Below are positions 16,184-24,720 of a DNA stretch of 32,000 nt, piece by piece. The DNA lies in the NCBI GenBank assembly GCA_964591795.1, contig CAZQEL010000006.1, forward strand, positions 5,954 through 37,953, read 5' to 3'. Below the pieces are notes generated by a model. It was not told where the DNA came from. It saw only the letters and a program-made list of their open reading frames with translations, and did no database searches. The DNA is from an uncultured archaeon. Lineage in GTDB: Archaea > Iainarchaeota > Iainarchaeia > Iainarchaeales > CSSED10-239. Both the position numbers and the translations under genes were made by a program. Position 1 is the first letter of the stretch. Every line of letters starts with the position of its first letter.

Positions 16184-18112
16184 ATGACAGTTAATGATAA
16201 TAGTTTTGAAAATTTTGTAACCAAACATAAAAAAATAATTTTTATAATTTTAATTTTTATAATGGCTTTTTCTATAAGAGGACATCTTCTTAAATATGAT
16301 AATATGTTTGAGTTTGATACTTATTGGCATCTTAGAATGACAGGGTATACTCTTCAAGGAGATATGCCTGATCATGATCCTTTAGGGTTTTATGGACAAG
16401 GTGGAACTCCGTTAAGAGGTTGGCCTTCTTTTTTGTGGCATTTTACGTCCATCCTCTATATAATATTTACATTTGGTGCTCCATATAATAAAGAACTCTT
16501 GATGCAGTTTGCAAGGTTTTTACCTGCAATATTTGGTGCATTAATATCTGTTGTAATGTATTTTTTAGGAAAAGAAATTTACAACCGGAAAGCAGGTTAT
16601 GTGATGGCAATTGTTGCTGCAACAATACCGGCTTTTGTATATAGAACAATGGCTGGTTTTTATGAAGAAGATGCCTTAGGTTTTTTGTGGTTGATTATGG
16701 GTTTTATCTTTTTAGTAAAAGCATTTAAAAATTTACATGCAACAAAACTACATTTAAGATATGCTCTCATATCTGGATTATTTTTTGGGCTAATGGCTTT
16801 TACTTGGGATATGTTTATTTTAATACCACTTGTGTTAATTGCATATTTTATAACTAATATGATTTACATGGCTTATAAAAATTATTCAAATAAAGATATG
16901 GCTTCTTTTTTGAAAATTTTTGTAATAATATTTGTAATTTTTGTAGCATTAGCATCAATTGCTCAACCAAATTGGATAAAGAGAACGACTAAATACGTTG
17001 TTGATTATATTCCCTTGACTCAAGATAATTTAGATAGGATTTCAAATAAAAATATACCTACTCAAAATGTTTTGTCAGTATCTGTTGGTGAAGAAAACGT
17101 AGGAAAAAAATTCTTTTTGTACAAGTATAGTTTTTTAATTTGGATTCCATTTGCTGCAATACTTTTAATGCCACTTTATTTATTATTTACAAAAAGAAAA
17201 GATTACTTAACTTTACTTTTATTTTTTTGGATATTGATAACTACATTTATGGCATGGTCTAAGCTTAAATTTACATTTGCCTTAGGATTGCCACTTGCTG
17301 CAGCCGCAGGATTTTTATTTTATTTTGTAGATAGTTGGATTTCAAACAAATCTTTGTTTGCAAAAAGAATATTTGCATTGTTTGTTGGTTTAGTGTTACT
17401 TACTTCAATCGCTGCTGGAACTCATGAAGTATATACAAAAGTACCGCATATTGTTGAAAAAAATGATTGGAGAGAATCAATTTTTTGGATCGGTGCAAAT
17501 ACACCTATTGATGCCAAAATATTCAACTGGTGGGATTATGGTCACTGGATAACTTATTTTTCAGAAAGAAAAGCAAGTACCGATAATACAAATGCATTTA
17601 TGGAAGGTGATAGTGATTTTGGACTATTTATACTTAGTCAAGATTTAAATAATTCAAAGAATTTAATGAAAAAATATGATGTTGATTATTTTATAGCTGA
17701 TAATACTTACTTTAATAGGTATACTTCATTTGCGTCCTATGGGTATGTTACTACAGATTATAAAGATCCTAGAGTTGCAAAATATGTTTCAGCAACCTTT
17801 AATTGTTTAAAAGGAAATGTTGCAGATGGTACAAAAGCATACAAATGTAATGATAATATTTTTACAGAAGCACAAATGACGAAAATACCAACTACTTGGA
17901 TAGATTCTCCTAGCGATGTAATTAATGGAATGCCAATGTATGTTTATCGTCTTGAAGATAATTCTAAAATATTTTTCTTAAATGATGCTGGTAACAACTC
18001 TGGTTTTGCAAAAATTTGGTTTTCAGAAAAAGAATATAAAAAAACATTTTCTATAGCTTATGAAAATGGAGCTGTTAGAATATATAAGGTAGATAAAAAA
18101 TATTTAGAGTAG
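16184..18112 (+). CDS. aglB: oligosaccharyltransferase AglB (STT3 homologue)
   Basis: 642 aa with a multi-TM N-terminal half. The catalytic WWDYGHW motif lies at 17528-17542 and is followed by a soluble C-terminal domain. Confidence 0.9.
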   Translation: MTVNDNSFENFVTKHKKIIFIILIFIMAFSIRGHLLKYDNMFEFDTYWHLRMTGYTLQGDMPDHDPLGFYGQGGTPLRGWPSFLWHFTSILYIIFTFGAPYNKELLMQFARFLPAIFGALISVVMYFLGKEIYNRKAGYVMAIVAATIPAFVYRTMAGFYEEDALGFLWLIMGFIFLVKAFKNLHATKLHLRYALISGLFFGLMAFTWDMFILIPLVLIAYFITNMIYMAYKNYSNKDMASFLKIFVIIFVIFVALASIAQPNWIKRTTKYVVDYIPLTQDNLDRISNKNIPTQNVLSVSVGEENVGKKFFLYKYSFLIWIPFAAILLMPLYLLFTKRKDYLTLLLFFWILITTFMAWSKLKFTFALGLPLAAAAGFLFYFVDSWISNKSLFAKRIFALFVGLVLLTSIAAGTHEVYTKVPHIVEKNDWRESIFWIGANTPIDAKIFNWWDYGHWITYFSERKASTDNTNAFMEGDSDFGLFILSQDLNNSKNLMKKYDVDYFIADNTYFNRYTSFASYGYVTTDYKDPRVAKYVSATFNCLKGNVADGTKAYKCNDNIFTEAQMTKIPTTWIDSPSDVINGMPMYVYRLEDNSKIFFLNDAGNNSGFAKIWFSEKEYKKTFSIAYENGAVRIYKVDKKYLE

Positions 18113-18125
18113 ATGGAAAATTAAT

Positions 18126-19154
18126 ATGATTAATAATTTATTTTATTTTATTTTACTTTTATTATCCTTTGGGCTTTCTTTTCTTTTAGCTTTATTTTTA
18201 GTTCCAAAGTTTATTAAATTGATTTCAAAAACTTCTTTTTTAGGAAGAGATATGAATAAATTTAATAAGCCATTAGTTTCTGAACTTGGTGGAATTCCAG
18301 TTTTTTTAAGTTTTATTTTATCTCTATTGTTTGTACTTTTAATTAATTATGTATTATTATTTATTTTTAATTTGGATTTTTCAATAATTAATTTAATGCA
18401 ATTTAGTTTAATTATAATTACATTATTTTTAATATTTATGATGGGATTAATTGATGATATTTTAGGATGGAAAAAAGGAATTAGTCAAATACAACATTTA
18501 ATTTATCCAATTTTATTTTCAATCCCAATAATTATTTTAAGCATTGTATTTGATATTACTCAAATGTATATACCTTTAATAGGAAATTTAAATTTAGGTT
18601 TAGTTTATGCTTTTATTTTTGTTCCTGTTGCTTTAACTGCGACTACAAATGCATTAAATTTATTAGCAGGATTTAATGGTCTTGAAGCTGGGCTTGGAAT
18701 TTTAATTTTTTTAACAATTTCTATATTTTCTTTATTTTTTGGTAATATAACTCTTTTAATAATTTTACTTGCCTGGATTGGCGCTCTTTTAGGTTTTTTA
18801 AAATTCAATAGATTCCCATCTAAAATGTTTCCAGGGGATGTAATTACTTTAATTAATGGAGTTTTAATAGGTATATCTGCAATTGTTTTAGGTTTAGAAT
18901 TATTAATTGCATTTGTTATGATTTTATTTATTATTGAATTTATTATTAAAGCAAAACATAAATTTAAAACTGAATGTTTTGGTATAATTCAAAAATCAGG
19001 AATTATTAAACCAAACCCAAAAGGTGGTTCATTAACTCATTTTATTTTAAACAAAGGAAAATTTACAGAGCTTAAATTAGTATTTACTTTCTATAAAATC
19101 CAGGGAGTTATTTCTGTAATTGCTTTGGTTTTATTTTTTATAATTTATTTTTAA
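18126..19154 (+). CDS. glycosyltransferase family 4 polyprenyl-phosphate HexNAc-1-phosphate transferase (AglH/WecA/MraY-like)
   Basis: It is polytopic, with GLIDDILGWKKG, NALNLLAGFNGLEAG and FPGDV motifs typical of the MraY/WecA/Alg7 superfamily. Confidence 0.8.
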   Translation: MINNLFYFILLLLSFGLSFLLALFLVPKFIKLISKTSFLGRDMNKFNKPLVSELGGIPVFLSFILSLLFVLLINYVLLFIFNLDFSIINLMQFSLIIITLFLIFMMGLIDDILGWKKGISQIQHLIYPILFSIPIIILSIVFDITQMYIPLIGNLNLGLVYAFIFVPVALTATTNALNLLAGFNGLEAGLGILIFLTISIFSLFFGNITLLIILLAWIGALLGFLKFNRFPSKMFPGDVITLINGVLIGISAIVLGLELLIAFVMILFIIEFIIKAKHKFKTECFGIIQKSGIIKPNPKGGSLTHFILNKGKFTELKLVFTFYKIQGVISVIALVLFFIIYF

Positions 19155-19164
19155 GTGATGTGAT

Positions 19165-20010
19165 GTGAAATTAATATCTTTTAAAAAATATTTGATTTTG
19201 TCAAGGCCAATTCTATTTATTTTAATTTTTTTATGTTTTGTAGTTGCACTATTTTTTTCCACTAAATCAATTTTAAATATTACATTAATTCACATAATAT
19301 TTATTTTATTACTTACCTTTTTAATTCCATTTTTTGTGTTTTCAATAAATGATCTTGAAGATTATAGTTCTGATAAATTAAATAGCAGAAAAAAAAGTAT
19401 TTTTTTTGGAATGCATATTCCTAATTTACTTAAATACAGTCAATGCATTAAAATCTATAATTTAATAATATTTTTAATATTAATAGGTTATTCAATTTTG
19501 TATTTTAAAATAATTACTACTTTAATTTTATTTTTATTATTATTTATTATGTATTTTTATTCTGCTAAACCGATTAGGTTTAGGCGTATTCTATTTATTG
19601 ATTTTATTTCAAATGGAATTATTGTTTTTTTATCATTTGTTTTAATCTATTCTATTTTTAATCGAATTTGTTTTATTCCATTAAAAATATATTTGGTATC
19701 TATATCTATTATGTCATATCATTTAGTTGCTGCACAAATTGACATAATTTCTGATAATATATCAAAACAACAAACATCTGCAACAATAATAAACAATAAA
19801 CATTTAATTTTCTTAATTTGTATTTTATTAAATTTGCCTTTATTATTAATTAAGTTAAATAGTTTTTTTAAATTTCTTTTTTATATTAATATTTTAATAA
19901 TTTTAATAATTTATTTATATCCTAAATTTAGTAAATTATATTTGTTTTTATTTTTTGTAACCTCTTGGGTTATAATTTCCTTGTTTTACATATTTAATAA
20001 TTTATTTTAA
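19165..20010 (+). CDS. UbiA-superfamily prenyltransferase-like membrane protein
   Basis: It is polytopic. The first Asp-rich motif is NDLEDYSSDKLN (NDxxDxxxD) and the second is QIDIISD (DxxxD). The start is GTG. Confidence 0.55.
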   Translation: MKLISFKKYLILSRPILFILIFLCFVVALFFSTKSILNITLIHIIFILLLTFLIPFFVFSINDLEDYSSDKLNSRKKSIFFGMHIPNLLKYSQCIKIYNLIIFLILIGYSILYFKIITTLILFLLLFIMYFYSAKPIRFRRILFIDFISNGIIVFLSFVLIYSIFNRICFIPLKIYLVSISIMSYHLVAAQIDIISDNISKQQTSATIINNKHLIFLICILLNLPLLLIKLNSFFKFLFYINILIILIIYLYPKFSKLYLFLFFVTSWVIISLFYIFNNLF

Positions 20011-20023
20011 TTAAAAAAAGTAT

Positions 20024-21091
20024 TTAAAAATCAAATAATCTTTTTTGAAATTTAATTTGTTTTAATATTTCTGATTTATTTAAAATCCAAGTTAATTTTA
20101 AATCTTGAGTAATAAATTTAATTAAATCATTAAGATTTTCAAAATGTATTTTGTCACCCTTCAACGCTTCTTTAACTGCTTCTCTTACTACCCAAACGCC
20201 TTTTGAAGTGTATGTGGGGTTAATATCACATAATACTAACACTCTTGCACATTTTTGAATTTTATCAAGATAATCAAACACCATTAATCTTGCTGCATAA
20301 TATGCTCCAGTAATTTGATAGGCATATTCTTTTTTTGGATGATTTAGTTCGAAATCAATTGCTATTGATTCACAATTTACATATTCTATCATTTCAAATC
20401 CCCATGAATAAGGCATTAAAATAACATAAAAAGTATTTGTGTAGAATTTAAATTTATACATTCTAAATGAATCAATAATTGGATTGTTTTCAATTTTTGG
20501 AAAAATATTTTTCCCTAAAGTATCATCAATACAAGTTATTGACCATCTTGTTGGTACAAAAATTCGGTCTTTTGTAAGGCCTAACAAACCCATTGAAAGA
20601 AGTTGTTCTATTTTATATGGATCCTTTGTTTTGTCATAATATTCAATTATGGCATCTTTAGATTTTACTTGTGTATCATTAGTAATCTTATCAACAGGTT
20701 TTGATATTTTTATATTATCTATTATTTTAATTTTTTCAAGTGTCATTCCTTTATTATTAATTCCAGATATTTTTTCTGTAAGGTTTATTTTTTTACTTAA
20801 AACATCAATTTCAAGCTCAGTTTCTTTATCTGCTTTTATTAGATGTTGTATCTCTTGAAGATCCTTACTTGGATTTTTTGCTTCATTTTTAGAGTAGTTT
20901 TTATATGCAAATACCTGTTTGCTTCTATTTTTCTCAATTTTGTTAGTATTAGTTGAAATCCAAGTTTTTGGATTGTTTTCCTTAGCGTCATTTATGTTAT
21001 CATAAGTTCCAGGGCCAATAATTAAATTAGGGTAGCTACTTTCGTACACTAAGTTAAATGGTTTAGAATATACTTGTTTTTTAAGCTTCAT
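20024..21091 (-). CDS. Nre-family (DUF650/DUF651) DNA-repair protein with C-terminal PIP box
   Basis: YPNLIIGPG and FVPTRWSITCIDD match what I remember of Nre proteins. The extreme C-terminus FQKRLFDF is a PCNA-interacting-peptide-like motif. A low-complexity insert covers roughly aa 45-140. Confidence 0.55.
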   Translation of the reverse strand: MKLKKQVYSKPFNLVYESSYPNLIIGPGTYDNINDAKENNPKTWISTNTNKIEKNRSKQVFAYKNYSKNEAKNPSKDLQEIQHLIKADKETELEIDVLSKKINLTEKISGINNKGMTLEKIKIIDNIKISKPVDKITNDTQVKSKDAIIEYYDKTKDPYKIEQLLSMGLLGLTKDRIFVPTRWSITCIDDTLGKNIFPKIENNPIIDSFRMYKFKFYTNTFYVILMPYSWGFEMIEYVNCESIAIDFELNHPKKEYAYQITGAYYAARLMVFDYLDKIQKCARVLVLCDINPTYTSKGVWVVREAVKEALKGDKIHFENLNDLIKFITQDLKLTWILNKSEILKQIKFQKRLFDF

Positions 21092-21242
21092 TATTTTTCA
21101 TTTTTCCGATTTATAAGTATTTTATTTTTAAGATAGGTTTATAAATTATTTTATGTTAATTAATATATATTTTATACTTATAGTTTCGATATAGAAACAA
21201 ATTGTATATTTTGGTTATTATAAGACCATATAAAAAAGGATA

Positions 21243-21725
21243 GTGATGAATATGTTTAAATTATTACGTTTATTTTTTGATAAAAGTAAATCACCTAAAG
21301 TGTCTAGAAGAAACAATGTAGCAATCTTTATTGATGGTCCAAATATTTTAAGAAAAGAATTTAATATTGATTTATCAAAGATTAGAAAATATTTACAAAA
21401 AGATGGTTGTGTAAAAATTGCAAAAGTTTATTTGAATCAATATGCAACAGATAAGTTAATGGAAGCTGTAGTTAATTTAGGTTTTGAAACAATTATTACA
21501 GTTGGTGATGTTGATGTTGCAATGGCAGTTGACGCAACAGATGTTGTGCATAATAAAGAAATAGATACTATTGTGTTTGTTACAAGAGACTCAGATTATC
21601 TTCCTGCAATTTTAAAAGCAAAAAAACATGGTAAAAATACAATGGTGTTTTTAGTTGAAGAAGGTTCTGCAACTGCTTTAAAAAATACTGTTGACAAAGT
21701 TATCTTTTTAGATAAACTAAAATAG
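21243..21725 (+). CDS. NYN-domain (LabA/DUF88-like) putative ribonuclease
   Basis: It has VAIFIDGPNILRK and DVDVAMAVDA......IDTIVFVTRDSDYLPAILKAKKHGKNTMVF, the acidic-residue pattern of NYN/PIN-like nucleases. The start is GTG 21243 or ATG 21246. Confidence 0.75.
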   Translation: MMNMFKLLRLFFDKSKSPKVSRRNNVAIFIDGPNILRKEFNIDLSKIRKYLQKDGCVKIAKVYLNQYATDKLMEAVVNLGFETIITVGDVDVAMAVDATDVVHNKEIDTIVFVTRDSDYLPAILKAKKHGKNTMVFLVEEGSATALKNTVDKVIFLDKLK

Positions 21726-21734
21726 GATTAATAT

Positions 21735-22232
21735 ATGAATTTACCAGTATCAAAACCAATGGTTACAAATGTATTTTTAGATATGATAGAACCAGATAAA
21801 TTATTACTTGATTTAAATCAAAAATTTTTTACTGGTTTTTTATATCTTGTAGCCAATACTGAATATCATTTTGAAGAAAATATTATTTTTATTTTAAAAG
21901 GTAATATTATAGGTTCAATTTATTTGAATAGTTTTTATAATATTGAACTTTTCGGAAAAACTGCTCTAAATCTAAATTTTAATTCCTTAGGATATAAAAA
22001 AGGTGTATTAAATATTTATGAGCTTTCAAGTGAACAGTTAAAATTAGTTTTAATTTTTAATGATAAAATTAAATGTGATTATAAGTTAAATAAAAAGAAA
22101 ATTTCAAAACAAACTTTTGTTTTTAATCCTGCTTTATTTGGTAGTATTTTAAGAAATAAATTTCCAGATAGAATAAAAGCAAAATCAGATTTGTTTGATG
22201 AATTTAATATAAATGAACTTTTAAGGTATTAA
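21735..22232 (+). CDS. hypothetical protein, DUF4388/PATAN-N-like pattern
   Basis: 165 aa. LLLDLNQKFFTGFLYLVANTE...NIIFILKGNIIGSIYLN....ELFGKTALNLNF.....KGVLNIYELSSEQL resembles the DUF4388 consensus (dlLq.l....tG.L.l.......i.f..G.iv.A.....G..Al......w..G.f.f). It starts 9 nt after the NYN gene. Confidence 0.45.
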   Translation: MNLPVSKPMVTNVFLDMIEPDKLLLDLNQKFFTGFLYLVANTEYHFEENIIFILKGNIIGSIYLNSFYNIELFGKTALNLNFNSLGYKKGVLNIYELSSEQLKLVLIFNDKIKCDYKLNKKKISKQTFVFNPALFGSILRNKFPDRIKAKSDLFDEFNINELLRY

Positions 22233-22234
22233 GC

Positions 22235-22675
22235 ATGAATAGAATATTTGCAAGTATGTTAACAAAACTTTCAAACAAAGTTTTAAATTTAGAGGATTTA
22301 AGAACTCCTAAAGAATTGGAACCATTATTAGAATATAGGGCTGTTAATTTGTGTTCTAAAAATTTAGATGATTTTTTATTAAAATTAAGAAAAAAACATT
22401 TAGTTAATCATATAATAATTACTGATCTTGAAGGCATTGTAATAGCAAGTACTGAAAAAGATTTAAAAGAAGGATTTAAAAGTGCTGCAATGTATAATTA
22501 TATTAATACTGAAATAAAAGATTTAAGTATTATTTTAATAGAATCAAAAGGTTGGAACATAATATTTAAATATAGTGACAAGGTATATTTTATTAAAGCA
22601 AATGATAGTTTAAGTAGAACTGAAGTTTATGCTATTGTTAATGATCTTGAAAATTATTTAAAAGTAATAAAGTGA
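22235..22675 (+). CDS. hypothetical protein, Roadblock/LC7 (MglB-like) fold candidate
   Basis: 146 aa. Its secondary-structure-like pattern is helix (LDDFLLKLRKKHL), strands (NHIIITDLEGIVIASTE), helix (KEGFKSAAMYNYINTEIK), strands (LSIILIESKGWNIIFKYSDKVYFIKAN), helix (RTEVYAIVNDLENYLK). This is typical of Roadblock/LC7. It starts 2 nt after the previous stop. Confidence 0.45.
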   Translation: MNRIFASMLTKLSNKVLNLEDLRTPKELEPLLEYRAVNLCSKNLDDFLLKLRKKHLVNHIIITDLEGIVIASTEKDLKEGFKSAAMYNYINTEIKDLSIILIESKGWNIIFKYSDKVYFIKANDSLSRTEVYAIVNDLENYLKVIK

Positions 22676-22680
22676 AATTT

Positions 22681-23475
22681 ATGGGTGAAATAATTACAAT
22701 TGCATCTGGAAAGGGAGGAGTTGGAAAAACAACTTTAACTGCAAATTTAGGAATCTCTTTAAGTGAATTAGGTTTTACTGTTTTATTAATTGATGCTGAT
22801 ATAGCAATGTCAAATTTAAGCTTACTTGTTGGTCTTGATAATCCTCCAATTACTTTGCATGATGTGTTATTAGGGTCTTCATCAGCACAAGATGCTACGT
22901 ATGATGGACCAAATAAAATAAAAATAATTCCATCTGGTTTATCCATTTCTAATTATCAGAGAGTAGATGTTGAAAGATTAATTTCTGTAGTAAAAAGTTT
23001 AATTTCAGACTATGATTTTATTTTAATTGATGCTCCTGCAGGAATTGATAAAAATGTAATTTCAGCAATATCAGCGTCAACTCAAGTATTATTGATTACT
23101 GAACCAACATCTCCATCTGTTGCTGATGTTTTTAAAGTTAAAATTGTTTGTGAAAGATTAAACCAAAAAGTAATGGGTGTAATTGTTAATAAGGTTAGCG
23201 ATCTCAAAGGTGAAATTTCAGAAAAAGAAATAATGAAGATGCTTGAAATTCCGAGTTATGGTAAAATACCATATAGTGCAGATATTAGAGAATCTTTTTT
23301 ATTAAAAAAAATAACTCCAACAATAATTCATAATCCAACCAGTGAATCTGCAAATGCTTTTAGGTATATTGCAAGAAGAATATCTGGTAAGGAAGTTGAA
23401 ATTAAAGAACAAAAGAAAGGTATTGGTTTCTTTGGTTTTTTAAAAAGAATATTTTCAAAAAAAGTAAAAAAATAA
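22681..23475 (+). CDS. minD: MinD/ParA-type ATPase with C-terminal amphipathic membrane-targeting helix
   Basis: It has the deviant Walker A SGKGGVGKTT, then LLIDAD and ILIDAPAG. The C-terminus GFFGFLKRIFSKKVKK resembles the E. coli MinD MTS (KKGFLKRLFGG). The ATG at 22681 gives the canonical MGEIITIASGKGG N-terminus. The GTG at 22672, which overlaps the upstream stop, is an alternative start. Confidence 0.85.
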   Translation: MGEIITIASGKGGVGKTTLTANLGISLSELGFTVLLIDADIAMSNLSLLVGLDNPPITLHDVLLGSSSAQDATYDGPNKIKIIPSGLSISNYQRVDVERLISVVKSLISDYDFILIDAPAGIDKNVISAISASTQVLLITEPTSPSVADVFKVKIVCERLNQKVMGVIVNKVSDLKGEISEKEIMKMLEIPSYGKIPYSADIRESFLLKKITPTIIHNPTSESANAFRYIARRISGKEVEIKEQKKGIGFFGFLKRIFSKKVKK

Positions 23476-23486
23476 GGTGATTTTAA

Positions 23487-23717
23487 ATGACAGAAACAAA
23501 AATATCAAGACCATTTGATATGTTGAATAGTTCTATTAATAAACAAGTACTTGTTCAATTAAAAGATAGTGTTCAAATAAGAGGAAAACTTAAGGCATTC
23601 GATGTTCATATGAATATTGTAATTGAAGATGCTGAAGAAATCAAAGATGGTAAAGCAAAGACAAAGTATGTTGAAACATTACTTAGAGGAGATAATATTG
23701 TTTGGATTACTGTTTAA
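23487..23717 (+). CDS. Sm-like archaeal protein (SmAP/LSm)
   Basis: 76 aa. Sm1 is VLVQLKDSVQIRGKLKAFDVHMNIVIEDAEE and Sm2 is LLRGDNIVWI. An SD-like AAGGTGAT lies upstream. Confidence 0.88.
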   Translation: MTETKISRPFDMLNSSINKQVLVQLKDSVQIRGKLKAFDVHMNIVIEDAEEIKDGKAKTKYVETLLRGDNIVWITV

Positions 23718-23745
23718 TTAAAACAATAATAGGTTTGCATTATAT

Positions 23746-24720
23746 ATGATTTTAAATATTTTTACTGATTTGTTTAATAATTTTAGTTCAAATATATCTT
23801 CTGATTTATATAATGCACTTCCTTTAAACTTCATATTTTTTGTAATTATTTTAATTTTCGGATTAAGTATTTATTTAGTATTTTCATTTCTAATTTTACC
23901 ATTATTTAAAAGATCTCCAGTGAAACTTTATAAAAAATATCTTTCTCTAAGATATGAAATGAAAAGAATTGATGATGCCTATTCTGCAAAAAAAATAATT
24001 TTTGAGGAATATGTTTCTATGCAATTTTTAAATGCTCAAGAATATTATCATATTGTTAAATTATTAGCTGACAATCCTGAGTTTAAATCAAAACTTAAAG
24101 GGTATACTTTAAAAGATAATTTTGATAGATCATCAACTAAATCTAGTTATTCTTCGCCTGCAGTTAAATTAACTTCACAGGACATTGAACGAAAACAAAT
24201 TAACAAGCTTTGTACGGTATTAAAACCAAAAGCTTTAATTTATTCTAAGGAAGATATTTATGCAATTTTACTTTCTGAGGGATTTAGCAATAATTTAATT
24301 GAATCTGTAATTAAAGAATTAATAAATCAAAATGTAGTTTTTTCTAAAGTTGCTTCGTCAACTGCTGGAAAAAAAGATTTATCTTTATTCCTAGATAATT
24401 TATTTGAAAGTAAGATAGACAAATCAAAAACTGTTAATAAAGAAAATGATATTTCAAGCGTGATGAATAATACATCTGCTGAACATCATGGCTTGTTTGA
24501 AAACGATTTTAAAAGAAAGGAACTTAATTTTGATAAAGTAGAAGATGTTGATTATACATTTAAGTCAGATGTTTCTTTAGAAAATAAAAAATTTAATTTT
24601 TTCAAAAGAATTTTTTCTATTTTTAAAAAGAAAGAAGCATCAGTACCTAAACCAACAATTACAGAAATAGATGATATTCTTAAAAATATTGAATCTGAAA
24701 TTAAAGGAAAAGAATTTTAA
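23746..24720 (+). CDS. hypothetical membrane-anchored protein with C-terminal amphipathic KRIFS helix
   Basis: 324 aa. It has one N-terminal TM segment (FIFFVIILIFGLSIYLVFSFLILPLF) and a long soluble region. KKFNFFKRIFSIFKKKE (24586-24636) resembles the MinD tail. I recognise no family. Confidence 0.55.
   Translation: MILNIFTDLFNNFSSNISSDLYNALPLNFIFFVIILIFGLSIYLVFSFLILPLFKRSPVKLYKKYLSLRYEMKRIDDAYSAKKIIFEEYVSMQFLNAQEYYHIVKLLADNPEFKSKLKGYTLKDNFDRSSTKSSYSSPAVKLTSQDIERKQINKLCTVLKPKALIYSKEDIYAILLSEGFSNNLIESVIKELINQNVVFSKVASSTAGKKDLSLFLDNLFESKIDKSKTVNKENDISSVMNNTSAEHHGLFENDFKRKELNFDKVEDVDYTFKSDVSLENKKFNFFKRIFSIFKKKEASVPKPTITEIDDILKNIESEIKGKEF

Noticed and set aside
6057-22946. Other short antisense ORFs in the track: 6057-6251, 11075-11320, 11868-12212, 13444-13731, 13774-13989, 14473-14676, 16467-16649, 18605-18808, 20649-20858 and 22638-22946
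   Set aside because: Each lies wholly or largely inside a longer opposite-strand gene that has strong family motifs (HerA-like, trxA, deoA, ksgA, DUF655, rpoF, aglB, GT4, Nre, MinD). Their compositions are what AT-rich antisense frames produce.
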